In this document: positions 8,477-16,656 of the stretch, piece after piece
Layout of the letters: each line of letters starts with the position of its first letter
Position numbering within the stretch: the stretch's first letter is position 1
IMG/VR virus record: IMGVR_UViG_3300031938_000010
Span: 1 to 41,062 of that record
Strand: one strand, 5' to 3'
Length of the DNA stretch: 41,062 nucleotides
DNA from: a virus
Lineage: Duplodnaviria; Caudoviricetes
Position numbers and translations under genes: made by a program
Notes under the pieces: generated by a model
Told to the model about the DNA's origin: nothing
What the model saw: only the letters and a program-made list of their open reading frames with translations
Databases searched by the model: none

Positions 8477-8964
8477 ACGCCGGCGCCGACCAGCGCGCCT
8501 GCCGGCGTGAGCTCGCCCTCGAACAGATCCCCCTGCAGTCTCTTTCCCTCGAGGTAGAGTTGCGCCTCGCGCTCGAGCCCCGTCAGCGCCGCCTGCATCG
8601 CCCGCGACATCGTACTCTCGACGGCGCCCCACGAGCGCTCGCTCACGTGCGGCGTGTTGAAGCACCACGGCTCGGCGACGGTGCCTAACGATTTGAGCAT
8701 GGTCACGACGCAGCCGCGGAACCCGTCCTTGTCGTGGGAGACCGCCACGGACTGCACGTGGATGCCCCGGTCGTAGTCCGCGCAGCCCCCGAGCTCGAGC
8801 AGCGCGAGCGACGGCGCGATGAACGCGTTCAGCGCCTGCTGGAAGTCGCGGTGCGGCGCCTCGCGCGAGGTGACCACCTGGTCGACCTCGCGCTGGTCGC
8901 TGGGCTGGTCGTGCAGCTCCAGCGTGACCACCGTCCCGTCGTAGCGGATTTTCCGGAATTGCAC
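8473..8964 (-). CDS. Phage hypothetical protein (163 aa)
   Basis: Globular composition; ends YLEGKRLQGDLF-like; fits the operon. Confidence 0.75.
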   Translation of the reverse strand: MQFRKIRYDGTVVTLELHDQPSDQREVDQVVTSREAPHRDFQQALNAFIAPSLALLELGGCADYDRGIHVQSVAVSHDKDGFRGCVVTMLKSLGTVAEPWCFNTPHVSERSWGAVESTMSRAMQAALTGLEREAQLYLEGKRLQGDLFEGELTPAGALVGAGV

Positions 8965-8967
8965 GGG

Positions 8968-9150
8968 TCACCATTCCTTGTTGATCCAGATGTCCCAGGA
9001 GCTTTTCTCGATCTCGGCCATCTTCACGCGCACGTCGTCACGCTCCATCGCCGACTCGGGCACGCCGAGCAGCGTGAAGAGCTGCGACCAGCGCCACCGG
9101 CGGATGCGCACGCGCTGCTGCTGCAGCTGGTTCCGGGAGTCCTGCGCCAT
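8968..9150 (-). CDS. Hypothetical protein (60 aa)
   Basis: Fills the gap between neighbours in the same orientation. Confidence 0.6.
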   Translation of the reverse strand: MAQDSRNQLQQQRVRIRRWRWSQLFTLLGVPESAMERDDVRVKMAEIEKSSWDIWINKEW

Positions 9151-9152
9151 AG

Positions 9153-10355
9153 TCAGAACGGCGTGTCGTCATCGTCGGGCGGCTCCGGCGGCAGGTCGTC
9201 GTCGAGCCCCCGCACGGCGCCGATGCTGTGGGGCTGCCTGCCGCGCGCCGCCGCGTTGGGCGACGCGTTAGGCGGCGTGCTCGGCGCCGAGGTGGGCGGC
9301 GGGTCCGCCTGGTTACGACGGTCCTCGAGTACGGCGCTGATCGGCTCGATCCAGCGTTCGCCCGCCTCGCCGCCCTTGTGTCGCAGGTAGTCGAGCGCGC
9401 GCGTGAGCTGCTCGGTGCTGCACGCGCCTAACGTTTTGCCCTGCACGTCGCGCAGCTGCGTCGGCATCTTCGTCGGGAACACGAGCGCGGCGGACGTCGC
9501 GGGGATCTCCTGCTGCGCGTTCGGCTCGTCCTTCGGCTTCGGCGGCCACTGGCCGGGCCAGAACACGCCGTCGCAGCTGCGGTCCTTGCACTTGAAGTCG
9601 GGCGCCCGCGGGTTCGTCTTCGACGCGCGGTTATCCCACATCTCACCGTTGCACGTCGGGCAGCGCGGCTCAGGCTCGGCCACGCTCGCCCCGTTCGCGG
9701 CGCTCGCCGCCGTGCCCTCGTCGTCGCCGCGCTCGAACATCTCGCGCGGCAGGTCTTCCACGTCCTGCGTGAACTGGTCGCTGAGCCCCGCCGCGAGCAG
9801 CGTCGCGCCGACGTACGACCGCTTGCCGGCCATCTTGAGCGCGGTGTTCTCGCAGTCGCGCGGCCGGTCGATGTACTTCGACTCCATCGTGCTGCACGAG
9901 CCGATGCAGCTCGCCACGACCTGGCCCGACTCGCGGTGCACGAGCTCGCACTCGACGACGTAGCGATAGAGCCCGTAGGACTCGCCGGTGACGACCTCCT
10001 CGCCGATCTTCCGCCCCTTCTTGCCGTTCTTCCACTCGTACTTGTGCTTCGTCTTGCGCCACGGCACGACGCGGTCGTGATCGACCTCCTGCTCCACGAT
10101 GCGAAAGCGCGGCGTGAGGCCGAGCGCGCCGTTCACCCGCTCTGCGCCCGGCTTGTAGAGCGTCGGCTTGTCGGTGCCGGGCACGGTGCCGAAGTCCCGC
10201 CCTTTCTGCAGCGTCTTCGCGATGAGGTCGCGCATCTCGTTCTGCGCGACGAGCACGTCGGCCACGGGCGCGATCGGGCGCAGCAGCGCGAGCCGCGGCG
10301 CCGCCGGCGCGACGGCCACCTCCTGCGGTTGGTGGACGGTGAGGGCGGTGGTCAC
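9153..10355 (-). CDS. Probable single-strand annealing/recombination protein with Zn ribbon and SSB-like acidic tail
   Basis: DFGTVPGTDKPTLYKPGAE...GSCSTMESKY...NTALKMAGKR...FTQDVED; CPTC...CKDRSC; ends DDDDTPF; GTG start at 10355. Confidence 0.65.
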   Translation of the reverse strand: MTTALTVHQPQEVAVAPAAPRLALLRPIAPVADVLVAQNEMRDLIAKTLQKGRDFGTVPGTDKPTLYKPGAERVNGALGLTPRFRIVEQEVDHDRVVPWRKTKHKYEWKNGKKGRKIGEEVVTGESYGLYRYVVECELVHRESGQVVASCIGSCSTMESKYIDRPRDCENTALKMAGKRSYVGATLLAAGLSDQFTQDVEDLPREMFERGDDEGTAASAANGASVAEPEPRCPTCNGEMWDNRASKTNPRAPDFKCKDRSCDGVFWPGQWPPKPKDEPNAQQEIPATSAALVFPTKMPTQLRDVQGKTLGACSTEQLTRALDYLRHKGGEAGERWIEPISAVLEDRRNQADPPPTSAPSTPPNASPNAAARGRQPHSIGAVRGLDDDLPPEPPDDDDTPF

Positions 10356-10543
10356 CGTGCGATCCTCCCGAAGTCGCGCGCGTACTGCCGCTCGCGCTTG
10401 CGCGTGAGGCGCTCGGCGGCGCGGTTCGGCTTCGTCGGGTGCGACGCGCGACGCTGCTGCCACGTCCAGCGCGCGAGAGTGGCCACGAGGCCCGTCACCG
10501 CGCCGGCGGCGAACAGCCGCGCGAGTTGGGTCGCGTTCATCAT
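10352..10543 (-). CDS. Small membrane-anchored basic protein
   Basis: N-terminal hydrophobic helix; ATGA and GTGA overlaps. Confidence 0.55.
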   Translation of the reverse strand: MMNATQLARLFAAGAVTGLVATLARWTWQQRRASHPTKPNRAAERLTRKRERQYARDFGRIAR

Positions 10544-11052
10544 CGCACGCCTCCTGCTCCGGTCCTGCACTGCGCCCGCTTCTTCTCGCGGTAGCGTCTA
10601 CAGCCCTCCCGCGTGAGGCGACGCCGGCATTCCCGGCATCCGCGCGTTCCGTCCCCGGTGATGTAGAGATTCTCGCCGGCGAACGGATGGCCGTGTTTGC
10701 AATGCGTCTGGTACATGCACTGATTCGCTATCCGTCCCTTCTCCGACGCGTCGCGCGTGTTGTCGGAGTTCGTGCCGAGCCACAGATGCTCGGGGTTCAC
10801 GCACCGCCGGTTGTCGCAGCGGTGGCAGACGAACAGCCCGGTCGGGATCGGTCCGTGGGCGATCTCGTACGCCATACGATGCGCCCGCATCGCCGCGCGC
10901 GAGCCGAGCGACAGCACACCGTATCCCGTGGCACTGAGCCCGCCTTGCCACTCCCAGCAGCCGCTCGGCATTCGCGTCGCGAACTGCCAGAACCGGCGAT
11001 CGGGATCCGCCTTGATCGCGGACTCTCTCTCGGCTCGCGTTGCGTTAGGCAT
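10540..11052 (-). CDS. HNH homing endonuclease
   Basis: CWEWQG...GYG...AHR...VCHRCDNRRCVNPEHL...N; THCKHGH...CREC. Confidence 0.9.
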   Translation of the reverse strand: MPNATRAERESAIKADPDRRFWQFATRMPSGCWEWQGGLSATGYGVLSLGSRAAMRAHRMAYEIAHGPIPTGLFVCHRCDNRRCVNPEHLWLGTNSDNTRDASEKGRIANQCMYQTHCKHGHPFAGENLYITGDGTRGCRECRRRLTREGCRRYREKKRAQCRTGAGGVR

Positions 11053-11701
11053 GGGTCGCCTCCGTCTCGGCGAGGGCGGCGCGCGCGATCTGCGCGCAGT
11101 CGAAGTGCTGCGCGCTGACGCCCGCCTCGTACGCGTCCTCCAGCGATCCCCAGGTGCCTTCGCCGGGATCCTCCTCCGGCGCGCCGTCCGCGATCTCGAT
11201 CAGCGCGGCGCGCAGCCGCTGCACCGGGTCGATCGCGGGCGCGGTGGGTGCTGTCGCCTCGCCGTCTTCGCGCTCGTCGCGCGGACAGCCGTACATGTGC
11301 CCTGCCGGCGCGTCGACGAGGTCCGCGAGGGTCGCGAGATCCCACACCTGCTGCGCGGCCGGCTCGCCGCACTTCGCGCACGGACGCACGAGTTGGAGGA
11401 TCCAGCGGTAATCGTCCTTGTCGTACCACGCGGAGAACGTGAGCCCTTCGACCACCACGAAAGGCCTCCACGCGAAGCCTTCGTATCGGACTTCGATCTG
11501 CTCCGGCTGTACGACGACGCCGAGGCTGCGTTGCAGCGCGTGGGTGATGCCGCTGGTCGCCGACTCCTTCTCGCGCTCGTCCTTCTCCCGCTGCTCCTCG
11601 GCTTGACGTCGCTGCTCCTCGGCGCGCGCGTGTCGCGCGCGGCCGAGCAGCGTGCCGTCGTAGCGCACGCCCTCAGGTGTCGTCGTGGTCGCAGTCGCCA
11701 T
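11045..11701 (-). CDS. Hypothetical protein (218 aa)
   Basis: Coiled-coil then CAKC; GCCTAAC junctions at both ends. Confidence 0.7.
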   Translation of the reverse strand: MATATTTTPEGVRYDGTLLGRARHARAEEQRRQAEEQREKDEREKESATSGITHALQRSLGVVVQPEQIEVRYEGFAWRPFVVVEGLTFSAWYDKDDYRWILQLVRPCAKCGEPAAQQVWDLATLADLVDAPAGHMYGCPRDEREDGEATAPTAPAIDPVQRLRAALIEIADGAPEEDPGEGTWGSLEDAYEAGVSAQHFDCAQIARAALAETEATHA

Positions 11702-11702
11702 G

Positions 11703-12044
11703 TTAGGCGGCCTCGGACTCGGCGAGCGTGTGCGCGCGGTCCGCCTCGCTCGCGACCGCGCCGTCGGTCTCGCGCGCCGCCGTCTCGCGCGTGTCGAGCT
11801 CCGCGCGGTAGAAGCGCAGCGCGATCATCGCGAGCCGCTCCGCCTGGTTCGGCTGCATGGGCGGCCCGCCGCGCGCGACGTTGTGCGCGCTCGCGCGCTC
11901 GCGGCGCTCCGCGGCCCGGCGCAGCTGCTCGGTCACCTCGCCGAGGCGCCGCGTCAGCTCGTCGTGCGTCATGTCCTTCAGCGCCCCGAGGTCCATCATC
12001 GGGTCCGTGCTCTGGCTACCGTAGCCCCGTCCGTGCATCGCCAT
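11703..12044 (-). CDS. Hypothetical coiled-coil protein
   Basis: GGAGG RBS before ATG 12044. Confidence 0.6.
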   Translation of the reverse strand: MAMHGRGYGSQSTDPMMDLGALKDMTHDELTRRLGEVTEQLRRAAERRERASAHNVARGGPPMQPNQAERLAMIALRFYRAELDTRETAARETDGAVASEADRAHTLAESEAA

Positions 12045-12119
12045 CTGTCCGACCCTCCAGCGCGGTGTTAACTTCTCCGCCGGGCCCCTCGCCCTGGCGG
12101 CACTTCGGTGCTGCCCCAG

Positions 12120-12143
12120 ACGCCGCCTCGTCACAGGCGGCGT
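12120..12143. terminator. GC hairpin in early-operon intergenic region
   Basis: ACGCCGCCT-cgtcac-AGGCGGCGT; no clear U-tract on the minus strand. Confidence 0.35.
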
Positions 12144-12158
12144 TCTGCGTGTCTGGCG

Positions 12159-12566
12159 TTAGGCGCTCCGGTGTGCGGCGCCCAAGTGCGCGATGCCGCG
12201 CACGACGAGCTCGCGCACGCGGTCGACCGCGGCGTGGAGCTCGGCGAACAAGCGGGGCACGTCGCCGCCGTGCGCGACGTACTCCTCGATCCGCTCCGGC
12301 AGCACGCCGGCCGGTCGGGTCTCCCGGCGCGCCATGCGATCCCACCCCTTCGTGGGGCGGCGCGGCTCCGGGGCGACACTCACGAGCAGCGCGGTGCGGA
12401 GCTCGGCGTCGACGCGCTCGCGGATCGTGGCCGTCGGGCGACGGCGCGCGGGCGCGGCGGGCCGCGGCGGCTCGTCGCCGGCGGGACCGCTCCGGGCGGG
12501 AGCCACGTATGACGGCGGCGTGCGGTTCTGGTCGTCCTGGCGGTCCTGCGGATGCCCCTCGTCCAT
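12159..12566 (-). CDS. Hypothetical regulator (CII position)
   Basis: First gene after cro; helical C-terminus; function inferred from position only. Confidence 0.55.
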   Translation of the reverse strand: MDEGHPQDRQDDQNRTPPSYVAPARSGPAGDEPPRPAAPARRRPTATIRERVDAELRTALLVSVAPEPRRPTKGWDRMARRETRPAGVLPERIEEYVAHGGDVPRLFAELHAAVDRVRELVVRGIAHLGAAHRSA

Positions 12567-12725
12567 CTGGCCCTCTGCGGCGTCACCCGCGTTCAGCGTG
12601 CAACGAACCCCGATGTCCGGGCTCCCCGATGTGGGAGCGCCGGCCCTTCTTCGCGGCGTGCTCATCCACACGCCCGATCGCCCGCGTCCCCCGACGGCGG
12701 CGTCGCCGCCGAGCGGAGCGGGGTG

Positions 12726-12938
12726 CTACGCCGCCGGCTCTAAGCGCGGCGGGAACAGCTCCTCTCTCGGCAGTCCGAGCGCCTCAGCGATCGCCTGCTC
12801 GATGCGCGCACTCCGGCTCCGCCCGCTCACGACGTCGGACACAGAGGTGCTCGACACGTTGAGGCGGCGTGCGATGGCGCTCTGTCGCACGCCCTTCCGC
12901 ACCATCTCCGCCTTGCGGTCTCTTCCGGTCATCGGCAT
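12726..12938 (-). CDS. cro: Cro/Ner-like HTH repressor
   Basis: KGVRQSAIARRLNVSSTSVSDVVSGR...IAEALG; divergent from the XRE repressor. Confidence 0.85.
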   Translation of the reverse strand: MPMTGRDRKAEMVRKGVRQSAIARRLNVSSTSVSDVVSGRSRSARIEQAIAEALGLPREELFPPRLEPAA

Positions 12939-12944
12939 AGTTGG

Positions 12945-13023
12945 CTAGTCCGGTTAACTAGTTCGGCATAACAATAAGCCGATGGCCGGCTCACTGTCAA
13001 GCCTCATACCAGAACCGGATTAG
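12945..13023. promoter_or_regulatory. cI/cro switch region with leftward sigma70 promoter and operator-like repeats
   Basis: Minus-strand TTGACA (13000-12995), 18 bp spacer, TATTGT (12976-12971); repeats CTAGTCCGG 12945, CTAGTTCGG 12958 and inverted AACCGGATTAG 13013. Confidence 0.7.
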
Positions 13024-13619
13024 TGGAGAGCCAGCAGTCCCTCGGCCGACGGATGAAGCGCGCCCGCGAGGATGCGGGGCTGGAGCAGGAGAACGCGGCG
13101 CACGAGCTGGAGATCCACCCGATGACGCTGAGCCGCTACGAACGCGGCAAGCGGAAGATCCCGCAGGAGATCCTCGTGAAGATGGAGGAGCTCTACGGCA
13201 AGCCGGCTTCGTCGAACTCGGATCAGCAGAAAGCCGATGCGGATGCGCCGTTACCTGGTAACGCCGGCGAGCCGGTCAGCATCGATCCCATCACGTTCGG
13301 CCGCCTCTACGAGCGCCTCGTGATGACGGCCGAGATGGTCGGGCTGCTCGACAATCAGACCGCCGCGATTAGCAAGACTGTGCACGGTGTCGGCGACTCG
13401 CTCGAAGCGATGCGCACCACACTCGCGTCACTCGCCGGCGGCATGACGACCGTCATCGCGCGCGACCTGCCGGCGCCGCCGGCCGGTCGACCGAAACTCA
13501 GCGTGGAGGAGGCCGAAGCGCTGCTCGACCGCCTGAACCGCGAACGCGAGGCGCGTCAAGCGCAGGCGGAGCGGGATCACGCACCAGCGCCAGCGACGCG
13601 CGCCGCGGCCGGTGCCTAA
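13023..13619 (+). CDS. cI: CI-like XRE-family repressor
   Basis: LGRRMKRAREDAGLEQENAAHELEIHPMTLSRYERGKRKIP HTH_3; divergent from cro. Confidence 0.85.
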   Translation: MESQQSLGRRMKRAREDAGLEQENAAHELEIHPMTLSRYERGKRKIPQEILVKMEELYGKPASSNSDQQKADADAPLPGNAGEPVSIDPITFGRLYERLVMTAEMVGLLDNQTAAISKTVHGVGDSLEAMRTTLASLAGGMTTVIARDLPAPPAGRPKLSVEEAEALLDRLNREREARQAQAERDHAPAPATRAAAGA

Positions 13620-14079
13620 CGTGGCGGCGACACAGCGCCTCCAGAAGGCTTTCGACGTCCGGGCTGTCGTAGTCCGCGCGGACGGCGATCGTGGCGACGA
13701 CGCCGCGCTCGTCACGCAGGACGTAGTGCGCCGCGTCGAGCGGCGTCCCCATCACGCGCTCAATACACACGTAGGCCGGACGAGGCGTGGGCGCGTGAGC
13801 TTCGTGCGAGGTCGACGGGGTAGGGCGCATGCACTCTCACCGGCTACGGAATCCTTGGGAACCCCTGCGTCGGGGTGCGCTCCCATTCTTCGGCGCCGTG
13901 CAAACGACCGTCCAGTGTGGCGCCGACGCGCGGTGTGACGCGCGCCGTGGCGCGCGCGCCACATTGCGCTGCCCGCGCCGCACGCCGAGCGTAAGCGTTA
14001 GGCGCGCACCGCACGTGCACGACCCGGCGACGATGCCGGTCCTCCCGCGCCTAACGGCGCAGCAGCACACTCCCCGCCG

Positions 14080-14445
14080 ATGTCGAAGCCTCGCAATCCG
14101 TTCCCTCCGAGCCCCGTCGCGGACGCGTGCCGTGTCGCGGGCTGGCTCTCCCTCGTCGCCGCGGCATTCTTCGTCTACGTTGGCTTCTCGACGGGCCTGA
14201 GCGCGACACGCGCCGGACAGGGCTCGAGCGGCGGTCTCGCGCTGCTCATCGGCATCGGGAGCGCGATCATCCCCGCGGTTGCCGGGGTTCTGCTGCTCGC
14301 CGTCGCTGAGCACCTGACGCAGCAACGTCAGATGCTGACCGCGCTGCACACGCTCGCGCTGCGCGCCGCCGAGCCGCCGTCGGCCGATGTGCCGGTCGCA
14401 CCCGACGGATTGCCGTCACGCGCGTGGGCGTCGTCCGCGCACTGA
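14080..14445 (+). CDS. Two-TM membrane protein (moron)
   Basis: Two hydrophobic segments; same strand as cI. Confidence 0.65.
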   Translation: MSKPRNPFPPSPVADACRVAGWLSLVAAAFFVYVGFSTGLSATRAGQGSSGGLALLIGIGSAIIPAVAGVLLLAVAEHLTQQRQMLTALHTLALRAAEPPSADVPVAPDGLPSRAWASSAH

Positions 14446-14524
14446 CGATCGTTGCACGACCCCGCGACGCTGCGGGCCTCCCACCGCGCCGTTAGGCGCA
14501 CCAGCCCCACCGCAGGAGCAGAAG

Positions 14525-15304
14525 ATGATTCGCCGTAGTGTCCTCGCTGTCGCCGTCGCCGGTCTCGCCGCGTGCGGCGGCGGCAGCACGGCCCCCGATC
14601 CCGTCACGAATGTGACCGTCGCGGCCCCCGCCTCTACGCTGGTGGCTGGCCGCACGATGCAACTCTCCGCAACCGCCCTGAACGCGTCCGGCTCGGTGCT
14701 GACGGGCCGCGCGATCGCGTGGAGTTCGAGCAATCAGAGCCTGGCGACGGTGTCGCCCTCTGGGCTCGTCACCGCCGTCGGCGAAGGCTCCGTGACGATT
14801 AGCGCGGTGGCGGACGGTCAGTCCGGCGCCATCACGCTCGCCACCCGCTACCCGTACCCGAACGTGTCGGGCTTCTACACCGGGGCGATGTCATTCATCG
14901 ACATCCCGCGGGGTTCGTACACCGCGGCGGCCACCGTCACGCTCTCCCAGCCGGACCGCATGACCGGAACGCTCACCGGCGACGCCTCGGCCGCCGTCAC
15001 GATCGGTGGAACGAGCAGCAGTCTGCGCGGCCTCTATGACGCGACGGTGGACACCCTCGGGCAGGTGCGGTTCTACCTGGGGGCGCCGAAGACGAACGTG
15101 ACGACGTGGACGTTCCTCGGCATCTACAACGCGAACAACGGCACGATCCTCGGCAACCACGCGCTCGGCACGGTGGGACAAGCGCCGATCACCGGCGGGT
15201 TCTCGCTGGTCCGCGCGTCGAGCAACGTGCAGATCCTCGCACAGGGCGCCGCGGTCCGACCGGACGACTTGCTGTCGCTCCTGGGAAGACCGTTAGGCAA
15301 GTAG
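14525..15304 (+). CDS. Lipoprotein with Big_2 Ig-like domain
   Basis: Lipobox LAAC; ...WSSSNQSLATVSPSGLVTAVGEGSVTISA; AGGAG RBS. Confidence 0.85.
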   Translation: MIRRSVLAVAVAGLAACGGGSTAPDPVTNVTVAAPASTLVAGRTMQLSATALNASGSVLTGRAIAWSSSNQSLATVSPSGLVTAVGEGSVTISAVADGQSGAITLATRYPYPNVSGFYTGAMSFIDIPRGSYTAAATVTLSQPDRMTGTLTGDASAAVTIGGTSSSLRGLYDATVDTLGQVRFYLGAPKTNVTTWTFLGIYNANNGTILGNHALGTVGQAPITGGFSLVRASSNVQILAQGAAVRPDDLLSLLGRPLGK

Positions 15305-15361
15305 CGCGTTGCCCGCGCTTGTGCGCGCCGAACGCCATCTCGGCGCGACGCGCCGAGACCC

Positions 15362-15400
15362 CGCGCGCCCCCCGTCCGACAGTCGGACGGGGGGCGCGCG
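15362..15400. repeat. Perfect 19-bp inverted repeat with 1-nt spacer (terminator/insulator-like)
   Basis: CGCGCGCCCCCCGTCCGAC-A-GTCGGACGGGGGGCGCGCG. Confidence 0.85.
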
Positions 15401-15416
15401 TGCGGGCAGGTCGTCG

Positions 15417-15446
15417 TTGACAAGTATAGTACTGGGTACTATACTT
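15417..15446 (+). promoter_or_regulatory. TA promoter with overlapping palindromic operator
   Basis: TTGACA-17 bp-TATACT; AAGTATAGTAC-TGG-GTACTATACTT at 15422-15446; ATG 6 nt after the -10. Confidence 0.85.
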
Positions 15447-15450
15447 CATC

Positions 15451-15792
15451 ATGGCCACCGCGCACTATCTCACCTTCGTGGAACTCGCCGCCTTCGCGAA
15501 CGCGGCGAAGGGCGTGCTCGGCGACGACGAGCTGCGCGCGCTCGAAGCGACGCTGAGCGCGGACCCCTACGCGGGCGACGTGGTGGCCGAGACGGGCGGC
15601 GTGCGCAAGGTGCGCGTCGCGCTCGCGGGGCGTGGCCAGAGCGGCAGCGCCCGCGTGATCTACTTCTACCGCTCGGCGAAGGGGCGCATCTACCTGATGT
15701 ACGTCTACGCGAAGAACACGCGCGCGAACATCACGCGGGCCGAGCGCCACGCCCTGCGGCGCCGGGTCGCACAACTGGAGGTCGAGCCGTGA
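15451..15792 (+). CDS. higB: RelE/HigB-family toxin
   Basis: DPYAGDVVAETGGVRKVRVALAGRGQSGSARVIYF...IYLMYVYAKN. Confidence 0.9.
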   Translation: MATAHYLTFVELAAFANAAKGVLGDDELRALEATLSADPYAGDVVAETGGVRKVRVALAGRGQSGSARVIYFYRSAKGRIYLMYVYAKNTRANITRAERHALRRRVAQLEVEP

Positions 15793-16391
15793 CGAAGACC
15801 GTGACGAGGCGCGGAACCACGCGGACGCCCGCGAAGCGCGCGAAGCGCGCGAAGAGTCTGGGCCAACACCTGATCGACGCGCTCGACGAGGCGATCGCGT
15901 TCGAGCGCGGGGAGCTCGAGATTCCCGCGTCGCGCGTGCGGCGCGTCGCCGTGACCGCACGCGAGGCCGAGGGCGTGCCCGCGCCCCGATATGCCGGCTC
16001 GCGGATCGCCGCGCTCCGGGGCCGCCTCGGCCTCTCGCAGCCGGTGTTCGCGCAGGCGCTGAACGTGAGCGCGGAGACGGTGCGCGCGTGGGAGCAGGGC
16101 AAGCGCACCCCCGACGGGGCGGCGCTCCGGCTGCTGCAACTCGCCGAGGAACATCCGGCGTGGCTCACCAAGCACGTGACGCCCGTGACCACGCGGACGC
16201 GTGCGACCCGCGTGACCCGTGCGACCCGTGCGACCCGCGTGACCCGCGAGAACTTCGAGGCCGCGCTCCTCGCGAGCGCCGCGCAGGCGGCGGCCATCGC
16301 ACGCGGCGACGCCGCCCCGGCGCGCGCCGACACGCTCGAGCGCACCGAGCGGGACACCGCCGTGGCGCGGTCGCGCCGTTCCAGGCGATGA
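15789..16391 (+). CDS. higA: HigA-like HTH antitoxin with C-terminal extension
   Basis: GTGA overlap; IAALRGRLGLSQPVFAQALNVSAETVRAWEQGKRTPDGAA. Confidence 0.85.
   Translation: MTKTVTRRGTTRTPAKRAKRAKSLGQHLIDALDEAIAFERGELEIPASRVRRVAVTAREAEGVPAPRYAGSRIAALRGRLGLSQPVFAQALNVSAETVRAWEQGKRTPDGAALRLLQLAEEHPAWLTKHVTPVTTRTRATRVTRATRATRVTRENFEAALLASAAQAAAIARGDAAPARADTLERTERDTAVARSRRSRR
16198..16247 (+). repeat. About 5 tandem 9-bp units (CCGTGCGAC/CCGCGTGAC) encoding TRA/TRV
   Basis: Read directly from the sequence. Confidence 0.8.
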
Positions 16392-16422
16392 CCGGGCTGA
16401 CGCTCGTGTGACGGTCGACACG

Positions 16423-16458
16423 CAGCATGGGCCTCCTGGTACCAGGAGGCCCATGCTG
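16423..16458. repeat. Perfect 36-bp palindrome containing an RBS and ATG
   Basis: CAGCATGGGCCTCCTGGT|ACCAGGAGGCCCATGCTG. Confidence 0.9.
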
Positions 16459-16656
16459 TCGAACCGCTATCTCGCCGAGCTGCTCGCCGCGATCGCCGCC
16501 GGCGAGCCCCTCACGCGCGCCGAGCGGCGCGACCTCGCGCTCGAGGTGCTGCGCCTCCGGCGCGCGCTCGGCGAGTGTCGCGCGCTCAACGCCACCCGAG
16601 ACGCAGCGCCGACCACGTGTCCGCGTAGTTCTCGACGAACTGCTTGTACCCGGTGA
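16453..16656 (+). CDS. Small hypothetical protein (MLSNRYLAELL...)
   Basis: AGGAGG directly upstream; amphipathic helix; 3' end overlaps the convergent gene. Confidence 0.45.
   Translation: MLSNRYLAELLAAIAAGEPLTRAERRDLALEVLRLRRALGECRALNATRDAAPTTCPRSSRRTACTR

Noticed and set aside
4499-15300. Bona fide integron
   Set aside because: No 57-141 bp attC structures with L boxes seen, the integrase is not recognisably IntI, and the motif also lies inside core tail genes
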